Shown here: positions 12,639 to 26,693 of the stretch, piece by piece
Layout of the letters: each line of letters begins with the position of its first letter
Numbering within the stretch: the stretch's first letter is position 1
Assembly (NCBI GenBank): GCA_002633005.1
Contig: NMRA01000461.1
Span: forward strand, 62,001-126,000
DNA: 64,000 nucleotides
From: Phoronis australis
Lineage: Eukaryota; Animalia; Phoronida
Direction of reading: 5' to 3'
Made by a program: the position numbers and the translations under genes
The notes under the pieces: model-generated
The model's database searches: none
What the model saw: only the letters and a program-made list of their open reading frames with translations
What the model was told of the DNA's origin: nothing

Positions 12639-14103
12639 CTATAGTTTTTCAATGGTAGTATGTAGTATAATTAGATAAATCAGACAGAACGGCCATAATT
12701 AAGACATGCTTCTAATAAAATTTATTCATTCTGTTACATGATCAGGGAGTTGTTGATTGATTTGCCTTGGGTTGGAGACTGGTAGAGATATTCAACCAGA
12801 AGTTTTTGAAATCCTGAGCAATTTTCCTTTTTCCTAAAACAATCAAAAAGCGTTCCTCCCATTGGAAGAAACATCGAGCATGTTTGGCAAAATCACCCAA
12901 ACATTCCAAAATTTCCATGTAGCATGTTTTCAACATTGGATAATTCGTGTGGTTAGGGAGCTGATGGGCTGAGGTACTGAATTGAGTTGAAAGACACTAT
13001 TCACGTGCAGGGACAAATCGTGTTTTACATCCATACAGTAGATGCAAAACTATATAGTGAATTTTATCTATTGATCTATCCAACGAAACATCAGATACTC
13101 GTGTGGTAAAAATACCGTTCTTGTTAAGGTGGGAACACATGGAGTTGTACGTGGGTGCGTTTCTGCAAATCTGTTTCAATGTTAACGAGACTCGGTTGTT
13201 AAGTAGTGACGAGAAATGGAGTCACATGACATTTAAAAATTGCAAGTCTTGGATTGTTTCTACGGGACACTATAGCACTTGAGAGAATTTAAAAAAAATA
13301 CGTAGTAATTTTTGAAACATTTCAATACAACATCAACTGTGCACACTTCAGCACGAATATGCGCGTCTAGGTTTATAATCTGAGACCCCATTTGTCCAAA
13401 GGTACGAAAGTCCGAGTCAATCCAAATCCTTGTTTATTCGGGCTAAAACCAGAATGTGGATTATCGTTTTTTTATTTGTGCTTGCAATTTTATCAGGCAA
13501 TGCTCGTTAGTCTGCAGCATTGATAGTCCGAAGGAACGGCAGTGCGAGGGGCGACATTGTAAACCTGGGTAAAGTTTGCCAAGGTTATCCCTTTTCGTTA
13601 ATAAGATAGCTAAATGCAGAACAATTTGCTTTGGCATAGGAAATCTTTTCTATGATGGATGTAAAAGATTTTATTGAAATTGTTTGAGTTCATCTGATAT
13701 ATTTTGTTTGATACCAACTGCCGTTATATCGGAAATTTCAGAAAAACTGCAAATGTGAGTATTTTTTTCTGAAAAACTTCCCTCAAAAAGGGCGAACTTT
13801 GGAAACAATGTCTTGTTTAATACCAGACACAACTGCACACAGTATTAAGGAAAACAGAATTATATTCCAATGACGGTGAAAAAATGATTTGCAACTTATC
13901 AGCATAAAAAGACCAAGTTACATGAGTAGTAGCATTCTTGAACCAACATTGCAAAAGCAAATTCAAAATAAAATGTGAAATTCACATACCGGGATAAGAT
14001 GCATTATAGCTGTCGAAATCTGACCAGTTGTTAAAAACACAAATTGAAGGTTATATAAAGCTTTCCTTACAACAAGCATTTCTGTCTCAAGTCAGATACT
14101 TAC

Positions 14104-14280
14104 TTGTGCACTTAAGTGCTTCTCCAGACCATTTCCTACTAGCATTGCATGTACGTGTTATACTGCCACCATATTGCGTGTATCCGGTGACGCATGAGTA
14201 ACTGGCTGTTCCTTTATAAACGTTCGACGTAGTTTCAACGCTGGTGTTGGGGTCAGTGTCTGGTTTACCGCAATTTACTC
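14104..14280 (-). CDS. Sushi/CCP exon 4
   Basis: 177 nt, phase 1-1. VNCGKPDTDPNTSVETTSNVYKGTASYSCVTGYTQYGGSITRTCNASRKWSGEALKCT. Confidence 0.92.
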
Positions 14281-17200
14281 CTGTGAATTGCAATTAATAT
14301 CATTTTGATTACGTGGAATTTGTGAACAGCAAATTAACGTTATGACCTAATCGGTGCTAATCTTAAAGGCAGTAAATCACAATTTTAGAATCATACACGG
14401 AAATGGAAACATATCACACGTATTATCAGAAAAAAACAATTTCCAGCCAAAAACGCCCCTTTAAGGATTCTTTGCTGTGCAACAAAAGCGTTGGTTCAAT
14501 GGCCGTACAATGGGGCTATTCGGAAAATCTTCAATAACTAGAGGGCGTGCGTGTACTAGTGGTGATAGATTAATAGCCTCGATTTCGCGAGCCCTTTAAA
14601 TACATGGTGAAATGGCTTGCAGCCGCGCCAACTGAATCTGAGATTGCGTAAAAAGGGTGCTTCTATGAGAGGAAGTAAGCACGACCTCATACAAAGGTAA
14701 GGTTTGTGATTATTTTAACGATTATTCCATGATTATTCTTCCGATGCCTGTTAACTGAGGTACTCGCCGATGTCGACTTCGCGGCAGTCAGTCGCCAGCC
14801 AGAGTCTGGTTAATCTTGTGATACGATACTTGACGTAGCAATCGGGATCTTTTCGTACATCAAAGCATTGTTATTGTTTGGAATGTTTTCTAAAAGTTTA
14901 TCAGTGACAGTTACATCAATCAATGCTGAATGTTTATGCTGTCAACTCGATACAGGTTAATGAGTTAAGATTACAATCCAATCCCAATGGCAAAGGTACG
15001 TGAGTGATTAATATCCATTGCATTAGACTATTTGTTTACTCCCTATCATATGTCTTCTGGAAATCTGTTATACATTGAAATGGAAATCTATCACGTCAGT
15101 TTTCACGTAACCTTTGGTTTTTAGGTTTGAAGACTTGTACCGTGCAGAGGAGATATGCATCGCTTCTGTACCGTCCCTGAATGGACTGGAGAAAAATTGG
15201 TTTTTAGCATTTGACTGCAGCTAACCAACAAGATCTTCCCATCCAGTGCAGATCTGTTGTCAAAGCCCACTTTCAATATTGGAGACAACGAACAAAGCCT
15301 TTGAAAAGGAACAGCTATTTTTAAAGTCATTTTTGTTAAATTACTTATTCAGGTCCCGAGAGAGGATTGGCATGGGGGGTTGTAATATTTGGTACAACTG
15401 AATGTGTGGAAATAACAGGTAATACATGTTTGGGGAAAAGAGCATGGTGAGGTAATTCTTAACCTTCACGAAGTTCCTTCAAGTTGATTTCATGAAACTG
15501 TTTTGCTACTTGTATCAATTGTAAAACCACGAAAATATATTACATTTTCCGAATTCACAGTGCCTGAATAGTCTTAACTCATGCCTTGAAATGTTGCAAG
15601 TCGTTATAAATTCAAATGACTGCCATTTTTGTGAAAATTGCATTTTTGATGGTGCCTTACGATTTGTAATTACTCTTAAACAACAGGAAGATTATCCATC
15701 ATTTTTAATGACCCAAGTCTTCATATATTCTATAAGAAGAAAAACGGTTCCCTCAACCTTTGGCTAGAAGTATGCTTGACAGACCCTTGAACCTGTAATC
15801 TGAATTTATAATTGCTGAAAGTATCAAAATTAAAAAGGCTTGAAAATGGGTAACAAAAGTTTGAAGTTGTCTCAAAAAACTTGTATATTTTACAGACAAG
15901 TGATGCGTTTAAAGAATTGTTATGGCTAGGGATAAAAAATAAAGACACAGTTTCATGCAATAATCATTATATACACCCTTGGTTTCTGAAAATAGTAATA
16001 GTTTACTTTTATGTGAAACTGTAGACCAATCACCATATATTTTTGAAAAACAGGGATAACATTTTTGATCCAATCTGGAGTAATTAATTATCCATATTTC
16101 AATATTTGTTCCAGGTTCAGTGACATTTTAAGGCCACTTCAAGCTGTATCATAGGTAAGCTTTGTTACTCCGTTCTCTTCCCACAGCACTTCCACACACC
16201 AGCAGTGCTGCATGGCACAATGTGCAAGTCAGTGGCCCTGGAGAAATGTGAATCGCAGTACTAAGTTACCATAAGACAATGTGCCACTGGAGTGTCTGTG
16301 TATCCAGACGAACTATATCTGACTGCTACACAATTAAGCCTTGTTGGCGAGGATGCCCTTTCATAGGCAATGAGTCATGTGTGGACAATAGCTTATTTCC
16401 TTTACTGGAAGAAACATGAGGGACTGAAGCTAAAGAAGACCTAGTCACACTCTGATCTAGTTCAGAGTCTGATTTTGTGCTCAAAACTATTCAAGTGATA
16501 TGCTGCTGTGGTTACCTTCAAGGGTCTAATTGTGGATGTTATTGAGGCTGAATGAGGTTACATGTACATGAAAGAAAACCACGTGTTGAAACTGGACCTT
16601 TTTTACAAGTGCTTCTATAGGCCATTGAAACTAGAACCCAGTGAAATGAAAGCCAATAGCTGAGTGACATTAGATTTTCCTTTCAGAAGAAAGGCTTTAT
16701 ACTTTTGGTAAAAAAATTTCAATTTGGTACAGATTATGGGGAAATGACATTCAGTGATTGCATCGATTGTCTTATTGTATGTTTTCAATTGTAGCTAGCT
16801 GCTATGCACAAGATTCCAGAATAAACAATTATCAGTGTATTTAAAAACAAATGCCAAACTGAAAAAGCACAGAAAGAAACAACATTGCGAGGGAGTCCAT
16901 AATCAGGCATATCAGGTGCTGAATTATTGAATTAGGTTCCAATTCTCTCAGGTTATTGCTGAAGGATTGCTTTTCACTTTGTCCAACGGTAAAATAGATG
17001 GTTGGTTTCAGTTGTTTTTTCTTGCCTGTAACAGCTGATTTCGTTAAGTTCCGTGCACATGTGAGTGGAAACTTCTGAGCAAAATGATGTTCATAGCCTA
17101 AATTTATATTAAATAGTGACATTAGTGGTGATCGAGGAACAGAAAAACTCAAGTGTCTGATTTTTATTTGCCGGTTTCGCGCCAGCATGGCTCTATTTGA

Positions 17201-19040
17201 CATTTTAAAGTGTGATTACGAAAAACTATTTCTCGCTAAGCAATTGAAAATAGCTCCTGAGCATCTGTTTACAATAAACTCTTGCTAGTATAGAAAAGTT
17301 AATAACATTACGAGGCTGAGACACATAACCTATCAGTTCAAATGGTTCTAGCTACCTGTTCTAAACGTGGGTAGCTGTTGGGATTCCTAACTGATTATTT
17401 TTTTTGATTATTAGCGTAACTCTTTTTGGGGCTTTCTCCATAAAATCAGTTAAGTACACCGAGTTTACGTAGTTGGGATCAATTGGAGTTGAAAAAATGC
17501 TTCTGCAACCCGTTTCTGCTATACAAAGTTGCTTTGCTTAAGTTTGAATTCGACCTCCGAAGCTGATGTGGGGCTTAAAAGATGATTATCAACTTCCATA
17601 TACTGTACGTGTATGCATTGTATGCATACTTTACATGCTTCGAAACGAAATTCCATATGCCTAAAAATCCAAACCAATGCGGGCTATTGGTGACCTTATG
17701 GAACTTACACGATCCCCGCTTTATTGCTGTGTTTACTTCTTCGGCAACATTGCTGACCTCATACACGCGTGACATCTTACAACAAAAGCGCCAGTCAGCC
17801 TCGTCTCCAAGCCTGAAGACGTCGCTGATCCGTTAAGCGATTTGAAGCATAATTATGGGAAATGAAGTGTCAGAATTTTTACGGAAATTGGAGGATTAGC
17901 ACGATTAATTTCGAAATTTTCTGCAGTTTCATAAAATAATCAAAACAGCAGTATATTGTAGCAATTAACGTTTAAATTACTGCAAAGATGATGTATATTT
18001 ATCCGGTAACAGATTCATGCTACTCATTAATAAGAATGGAAAATCAATACCACCTTTATTTCAGACGTTAACTATAACAATGCCTTTTGTCGCATGAATG
18101 TCTGCAGTCTGAAAATAATTACAATCTGCCTTCGTTTTATTGAAATCAAGGCATCGGTCAATTCTTGCGACAAAGGTAATTCCCACTACTAAGCCTCAAC
18201 TGGCCAAACCGATCAGTGACATCTTGAGGCTTGGGGACGAAGCTGACGACTTCACATCAGCGTTATGTAAACACACAGCAAAATCATCAATCGATGCTCG
18301 TGACACTCTTTTGAAACAGATTGTGAAGTATTTTACGAATCTCAAATGGTAACGAAATAGACATTTTGGGAAGAAATGCAATAAATATAAAGTCATTTGT
18401 GAAAATATTTATTACAAGACACTGAAGACCTACCACCGGCTGTAATACTTGTGAAATATATAGCTTTCACATTATACATTTCGAATAAGTTCCGTGTTGG
18501 AATGACATACAGCGTCTTTATGTAATACTAATTATGCATAAATTAACTGGAAAATGTATAGTGGAGTCTGTACTCCGAGACACTAAGTAGGCGTATTGTG
18601 TTTCAGGGATGGTGATCAAGAAACACAGTAAAGCTAATGCATTCTTTATACTAAACGAGAATGGCACCAGCTTCAGAAACCCTGCCGATATTGAGTGAGG
18701 ACGAAGACAGTGTGAAGCTGCCGGAGCTGCCGCCCACTCGACTAATGAGCCCGAGACAGTTTTTAAAAAAAAAATTAGTTGTTTATTTTTGATGTAGATA
18801 ATTTATTACATTTGTAAGTATTTTACCTTACCCCGTTTACATATACAGAGCGAAAAAAAACACTATACATGTACATATTCATTCCACTCATTGCCTGTTT
18901 TTGCTTGTTAAGTCTCCCGGATTGTTACTTCATAACTGCACCAGAATAAAAGCGACTGATCAGAAATTAAACTGTGCGAACTTACCAGAATCAACCTTGC
19001 AAATAAATAGTCTAGTCGTGTCTTTCACGAACTTTGTATA

Positions 19041-19420
19041 CCCGCAAACAGTAATACTCCTGCATTGGGCATGTAAAGGCTGCATTAATGGTCCAATACG
19101 GGTCTTGCACTGGCCCACCACTGCATTTTCGCCAATATAATTAGTAGAATGGCTTAATCTGCGACCATCAATGGCCCTGTACAGGGCTAACACGCTATGT
19201 CTGCGCTGGCCCTTCATAGGACCGAAACTGGTTTTTGGTGTATTGGCCCAGTATAGGCCTGGTACTGGACCCTCACTGGCCCGATATCGCAATACTATAC
19301 CGGCCCAATTACAAACGGGTATGCAAAATGTTATTGAACAAATGCAGGCCTACATCATTGGGCCAATACAGAAGACAGCAGAGGGCCAATAATGGCCCAT
19401 TACTTGCATGTTTACTCAGT
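19041..19420. mobile_element. MITE-like element with internal degenerate GGCCC/TTGGGCC short repeats
   Basis: Ends CCCGCAAACA and TGTTTACTCAG form an imperfect TIR. The interior is built from recurring tggccc/gggcca motifs. Confidence 0.5.
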
Positions 19421-21547
19421 GTGGCAGGGAATTGCAAATGGTTTATCATATTCAAGGGTCACTGAGCTCTGTATTAAGAGAACCAGCAGCATCGTGATCC
19501 TGTATGGACCGTGACTTTGTATTGACAAAGTAATTAATTATCAGGTTCTTTACAGATTATACTGACGGAATTGGCTTGGTGATTGTTACCGACCTAATGC
19601 GTGCAGGCACCTGGGGTGTGGTGTTCTCTCAATCTGTCACTGAGTAGTCTCTGTGCGAGTCCGACAGAACATTCATTACAATTATCACACTCAACCTGTG
19701 ACCAACATTGCTTCTTTTCAACAAAAGGAATATGGGATTTCAGAGCTTATCGGATAGTTCACAAAGAGGTTAAAAATCACATTCAGATCAACAGCTGGGT
19801 CCATGTAATGCATAAGACGAGATAATTGGCGTTTGAACTTCAGCCTAGTGGACCCAATTGTAACTAAGTAAGAAAAAAAAACTTCTTTTCTAGTGTCCAG
19901 TAACAGTTACGTTAGCGTCCTCATTTATTTTGACAGGAAGTGCCTTTTACAGCTCCTAAAAAAACTGATACTAACCAATGACATGTAACTACTGTTAGTC
20001 ACAGACAGAGGTTAAATTAGTGGAACAAATTCTCCTGTCACGAGGAAACACGAAATTCCACGGGATTGGCACAAAACTATCAAGTCTGAGATGGAGCCTA
20101 GAAAAAACTGGGCAGATATAACAATAGTGGTATACCAACGTTTAAAACAGACATCTAGTAAAAGTAATCGCGACTCAAGCTCAACGTCATTGGTGAAATT
20201 AATGGACTGTTGCAAATTGTTAATATAAAATGGAAAAAAATGTCTACTTAGTTCTTGGATGAAAACACAGCAAACGTATCGTCTTCATACCTACTACTGT
20301 GGACCGGCATGCTTCTGGTTTTCCGCATAACATGCAGAGCTCAGTGACGCTACATCTATGGTGATAATCTGTTTATTATTTATTTCAATTGTTGTTGAAC
20401 TCATTTGGCTTCACGGATGTAAGCTGACTCGCAAGTTAACAGTTGGTGTATAATTGTTTGTATGATGACGATGTCTAGTAAATGGACGAAACGTCGAACT
20501 ACTGTGAGCTTTTTCCTTTGTGCGCAATTGTCCATTTTTGATTCAATTATGGCGAAAAACAAATCTTGTAAAACTGCAACCTGGCAATAATTAATTAACA
20601 GCAATTCTCCGGGTTGTCGTCGTTCTACTTTGTACATTTTGGAGTGCAAAAGTTCATAGGAGTTATAGGTCGTCTGAAAAAAGTCTCGAACCAAAAGCGG
20701 GATTATTTTTGATTATTTAATTGTCCAAATCCTGCATGAAAAAGGTGAAACGCGGTTCATGGGACATAGACTCTATTCACGCGGCGGACATTAAAATCCA
20801 AAGCGAGGTTCACTGCGATAAACAAAGCGGAAATTTACATTGCGTGAGTTAAATGGCCGGTCTTTGGAGTCCAACCTGAATATTAAATCTTAAAAAAATG
20901 TGTCAACTAACCACAGAGACGTAGAAAAATACAATTAAAGAACAAGTCAATCACCAAAGAGTTGTCTGACGAAAGGATATAGTTTTTTTCCGGAAAACTA
21001 GGTTCGAAACATGAAAAGTAAACAGAACCAAATTGCAGCGATCGTAGTGTTACGGATTAGGTACGTATCATGCTGAATTCTTGATAAAAATGCTTTCTAC
21101 ACCAACCAGGTCATCTGGTCGTCTTGTTGACGAGTTGAAGAGATATTCGACAGTGGTGGCTCATAGCATTTTGCTGTCATGTGCATTTAGTCTCATTTGG
21201 TTTAATTTGTTGATCAAGAGTAGGCCTATTAGCTTCAAGCATAGCCTCGGTCCTGGTGAGGTAGGCACTACCGGGACTAACAGTTGATTTGTCATTGATC
21301 TGAAATAATACTTGATGTTATTAAATATATATTTTGAATACGATAAAAACTGGGCTCGCAATTGAAAATAAAAATTATATGACCATCAATTCTGCATTCT
21401 TGGTTTTAATAAATACGTTTATTTCATGTGTTATATTTTTCAAATATCTATCTCGACCAAGTTGAATTTTAAAATTAAAACACCTAATTCTTTCGTCCAA
21501 AGCATAACCTCGTTTTAGAGCTCAATTTCAGTTAACTGTACAGAACA

Positions 21548-21707
21548 CAGTGGCGGATTTAGAGGGGAGCCAAGGGGCTATGCCCCAGCCCCCTAAAATT
21601 CTCCCAGATTCCATTTGGCAGTTCAGGAGCGCGAATTACTGACGGGCACAATCCTGCCTAATACTCTGCCTTGCCACCCCCAGAACTCAGAGTCCTGGAT
21701 ACCCCTG
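21548..21707 (+). mobile_element. MITE, CAGTGGCGGA-terminus family, 5-bp TSD GAACA
   Basis: Begins CAGTGGCGGATTTAG, ends CCTGGATACCCCTG and is flanked by gaaca on both sides. Interior is similar to 54001-54287 and to 62088-62255 in reverse. Confidence 0.7.
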
Positions 21708-22848
21708 GAACAAACATAGATATCATGTTTCTTCAGAGGCCTCGTTCATATCCGAGATGAAAGGTGCCTCATGTGTGTGCGGCCTTCTGAGAGGGAAACA
21801 TTTCTCCAAGTGACGGGTCAGTGAAAACTCTACTGACCTCCCGATCACCATCAATAGCACCCCGCCCTTTTGCAAACTCTCATTGCTCTGTCTCAATTAG
21901 CATTTTCAGTGGCTGATGTAGGATACCATATTGGCCTTGTGAGGGGGGGGGGTAACATCCTCGGAGAAGCGGGCAAGCCCGATTGTATGCACGCAGGCGG
22001 CCCGGAAGTTGCGGCTCCGAGGATGTATACCTTCTACTCAGGAAATCTGTCGTTGGACTAAAAAAATAGAACGGAACATGTTTCCCCACCTCGTCCGCTA
22101 CCGGTCCTAGCTCAAACTCATTGAGTACAAGATTCCTCCCGCTTCACGTTTTGCTGGTTTATTTTGCTTGCGGCAGTCAAGGGGGGGGGCGGGTCCCTTC
22201 CTCCCTCCTAAATCCGCCTATGATTTTGTATATTTTCAAATTATCACCTCTGTGGTCACAGGTGATTTGAACCGTTGGAGAGAAATTTTCAGTCAAGGGG
22301 ATTTTTAGGCCTCGTGGCCGGGAATTTTGCGTGATTTTTAATATTTTTGAGAGGGGAATAGGGCCGATATTTGGAACCAAAATTGAGGGATTGGGGGCCC
22401 TGTCCTTTTTGTAAAGAAAAATTCGTCGCGCTTCAACCCATAGTCATGAAAACACAGCCTGGCTGGTCCTAGTTGCTATGGCGGCATCCATGCGACAAAT
22501 TATGATTCGAAAACAGTTATCAAATTACACGGATATATTTTCCTTCGTCGAGCTGTAGGGCAAGGATCCAACGCTTCCTAATCCCAACGCTTCGTATCCC
22601 TGTTGGGGTTTCTGATTTTGTTTTGTTTACGTGATACATGTATATGCATACAGTGTACTTCACGATTGGCCAACACCAGCGTTTATATATTTGCTGTATC
22701 TTATTAACAACTTCTGGTAATCTGCTGGTTATATAATTTTCCAAATACCATTAGAAAAAATCAAAACTCTGCTTATGGGAAATATGATGTAAAAGGTTGC
22801 CGAAAACAGTAGTTATACACAGCAGCTCAGTGGTAAGAGTACTATACC

Positions 22849-23884
22849 CAGTGGCGGATCTAGGATATCACAAGGGGGGGGGCAACATTTTGTCCGGTTG
22901 GAAGCATTTGCGCAAACTGAACCACGAATGNTCCTGAAGTATTATCCAAGAAAAAAGGCAAAAAAAAAAACACGGAGAACGTGTCAAACAGGAAAAAAAT
23001 GCACGTACCAAAGACTCGAACTCACGCTCTGGCGCATAGAGCGCGCGTACGTTACCACTACACCTCCACGATTTAACTACAACTTTCATACTAAAAGACT
23101 TACTTGTTTATGGGCCACAGCGTTTGCGCGCGAAACCTACTTCTTTTTGTACTGCTTATTACACGTTTTATATTTTGTGCCATCAATTCTTAACAAATTT
23201 GTCGTATTTGAAATAGTCTTCAAATGCCCAAAAGACCAAATCCATTTTTCGTGTTGGCAATAATGACGGGATTGCTTTGGAAACCGTCTTAAGATAAGGT
23301 TTGACAAAGAGAGTATTGCGAGTTTCTGAGTGATTCACTAAGGCTTCGATTAAAATTCACATCTTACCAGCAGCTTCTGTTTTTTCATCGNNNNNNNNNN
23401 NNNNNNNNNNNNNNNNNNNNNNNNNNNNNNNNNNNNNNNNNNNNNNNNNNNNNNNNNNNNNNNNNNNNNNNNNNNNNNNNNNNNNNNNNNNNNNNNNNNN
23501 NNNNNNNNNNNNNNNNNNNNNNNNNNNNNNNNNNNNNNNNNNNNNNNNNNNNNNNNNNNNNNNNNNNNNNNNNNNNNNNNNNNNNNNNNNNNNNNNNNNN
23601 NNNNNNNNNNNNNNNNNNNNNNNNNNNNNNNNNNNNNNNNNNNNNNNNNNNNNNNNNNNNNNNNNNNNNNNNNNNNNNNNNNNNNNNNNNNNNNNNNNNN
23701 NNNNNNNNNNNNNNNNNNNNNNNNNNNNNNNNNNNNNNNNNNNNNNNNNNNNNNNNNNNNNNNNNNNNNNNNNNNNNNNNNNNNNNNNNNNNNNNNNNNN
23801 NNNNNNNNNNNNNNNNNNNNNNNNNNNNNNNNNNNNNNNNNNNNNNNNNNGGGGGGGGGGGCTGCCCCCCTAAATCCGCCTATG
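22849..23884 (+). mobile_element. TIR element CAGTGGCGGATCTAGG...CCTAAATCCGCCTATG with TATACC duplication, spanning the gap
   Basis: Absent from the paralogous site near 32005, which reads tactagaccggc. TATACC occurs on both flanks. A tRNA-like segment lies near 23003-23065. Confidence 0.65.
23391..23850. other. Assembly gap (460 N)
   Basis: Run of n. Confidence 1.
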
Positions 23885-24656
23885 TATACCGGCAATCCAG
23901 AGGCCTGCGGGTCGATTACCAGTTGGGGTGCCTGAATTTTCTGTTTTTATTGATACGGTAAACTATAGGTAAACCTTAGCGTCTATATATACTGGTAAAT
24001 TTATGGTTATTAAATTGTCCAAATCCTGTGTGGAAAAGACGAGGAGTCGCGCGTGTGATATATGACATAACAGTTGACTGCAAAAAGTAAGTACATTAGT
24101 ACCAGGTCCTCAGATGCTCAGTGGAAAGTGTCCTGGACCAGCAATCTAGAGACCAGTCGGTCTATTCCCAATAACAGTTTCTGAATTTTCCGTAGTTTAT
24201 TGGTATAGGGTTAAATAATACCCGCATACTTTGTATGAACACTGGAGAACAATTTGTGAAAAAATAAACATGAAAAAATATTAAGCAGTCGCCTTTACAA
24301 GGATATCACACATTCAAAAAAATCTTTCCAGAAATGACTGTAAACATTAGGAATATTTATCTCCGTTAAATTACGAGAGCATCAAAATATACCCTCTTTG
24401 AGTACAGTAATTCCATTAGGTTTGGTAACCGGCGGAACTACTCAACTGGAATTACTAGGAATCCAGTGAAAGTAATCGAAAGCGTGACCACCATTGAGGG
24501 AGTCAATCACATTTGGAAAAATAGCTTGAACATTAGAAAACACCACGCAGCATGCTTGAAAATATCTAGGTCGTATTTGGTAAACGTGAAAGGAATTTGG
24601 TGAGCCTAGACATTGTTTTCAGAGTTATGTGACGGAGTAAATTGTATGTCTCCACT

Positions 24657-26565
24657 TAAAATCTACTTAGAAGTAATCTTTTTGATCCGAAGTTTTGAGT
24701 ATAAATAAACTGTTTACCCAATAATAAAACAATGTTTTTAAAATTTTCCTTTATACCAAAAAGCCTAAAATAACGTTGCTGCAGGAGAGAGTACCGACAC
24801 ATTAGGGATTTGCTTTGTTTAAAATTTTGTTATTAACTTTTGTCCAAAATGAATTTACTGTTTCACATTCCCAAAATAAGTGTTTCAAAGTCTCTTTCGA
24901 TTGTCTACAACAGGAACAAGACTCGACATCCGTAACTTGAAATATTTTAAAAACGAATTAGTAGTCAAAATTCCCCTCAAGGGTCTGAACTGAAGCCACC
25001 TAATTCTATGGTCTATTGTTGTGTTATATAAAAGGGAATAAACATCTTCCTATGAAAAATTATCAGTATTTATGTTCAGTTTTTTGCCCCATTTGGACTC
25101 CGCTTTTGAGACTTCGGAATTATGATTGATTTGTGTAAAGATATGCTGACACCCTTTCCCACCACTTTTCAGTTTCATTGTTGGCAAAACAGGACAATAC
25201 GCATCAAAACAAACAACTCAATCGATACCACATAACGTTGGCACTGAAATATCACTGAAATTAGACTATTATAGTCCATGAACTTCGTTTTGATGCGTAA
25301 AACATCCGCAATAAATCTATAGTTCAAGATATAACCGTCTTTGGAAAACAAGCCCTTTATGAAGACTATTCATCCATTGCACCACTTCCTGTAGAAAATA
25401 CTTTTTGCCCCGACCTGCAGGTCACTGCTAAGCCATAAAGGATGATTAAGAAAATCTATCTGATTTTTGATCTTCGAACAATTTGCAAAGGAAATCACAC
25501 GTTCAAAAAAATCTTTCCAGAAATGATGGTCAATATTAGCAATATTTATCTTGAGAAAGTCGACTCCATACTTGGTAAAATTTTAACTCAGGAAAAATCA
25601 AATGAAACAAACAGGCAGTCTTAAAATGACCATTTACAAATTTTGTTAGCATGTTAATTTTTAAAGTCTCCTTCATTATATTTACAAACATCTCGGGAGC
25701 GCTTAATTTTGTCACTGCGACATTGCCATAGGAGTTCAAAAATTATTTTAAGTACTGTTGTTCTACAAGGTGTTTCGAAGGCTGCGGCAAGGATATCAGA
25801 AGAAGCGCCTTGATTACTGTAATCCTCCTGAAAGGCGTCAACATTCTCTTGGACCAATTTTTCAAAATTAATTCAATATCTTTCAATTTTTCCAAGTAAT
25901 TCTGGTCTGCCATACCAAGTAAGCTGATTTGGAAATTAATGCCCAAGAGCATGGAATTTGTTTTGGTCCATGATAACTGTTCTCTGACAGAAATATTTTC
26001 AGCACTGTTCGCAATACTGCCAAACCAAATGGCTTTTGTTTTTTCTGCAATAACCCTGAGGCTGGAGAAATGAGCACAAATATTTAGAACATTTAAAGCA
26101 GTGCGTAAAGACATCTCTGATCCATCTAGAAAAATAGAAGTATCATCAGCATATTGAGTTAGTAAGTACTCACGATCCACAATTTTGATTCCATTTCTAT
26201 TTTTGTCTGATCACGAGAGCCAAATTTTCCGCATGAATAATAAATAGATAAGGAGATAATGTGTCACCTTGTCTGACTCCACTCTGAATATTAAACCGGT
26301 TCGCCATTAACAATGACACATGATTTGATATTTTTGTAGAAAACTTTGACCCATCTCTTAATTGGCCACCCAAATTTAAGAAAAGATAAAGCTTTTTCAA
26401 TAAAACTCCAAGACAAAGAGTGAAAGGCTTTTTCAAAATCTATAAGAAGTAGTAGCCCAGGTATTTGAATCTTCTGGGAATAATAGAACAGCACACGAAT
26501 GTTATCAGTCACGTTCCTTCCCGGGATGTAGCCACTCTGATCCTCATGAATAATTTAAATTCCGT
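24657..26565 (-). mobile_element. Decayed L1/Tx1-clade LINE, copy B (duplicated with the host segment)
   Basis: IIHEDQSGYIPGRN, LLIDFEKAFHSLSW, SGVRQGDTLSPYLF and TQYADDT RT motifs. Same 5' truncation point as copy A. Confidence 0.9.
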
Positions 26566-26693
26566 GATCTGAAACGAGAGTTGTAGCAAAATAATCTTGT
26601 CGGAACTGCTTGCCTTGTTAGGAGATCAATGTTCATCTAAGACTGGCAAAAGCGATACGACAGTAAAAATTACATCTCAAATTATTGACTTAC

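Noticed and set aside
20960-21000. Additional CTGACGA...GAAA hammerhead-like motif
   Set aside because: No convincing stem I or III and no cleavage triplet. Probably chance.
23350-23895. 181-aa ORF in the track
   Set aside because: Almost all X because it spans the N gap.
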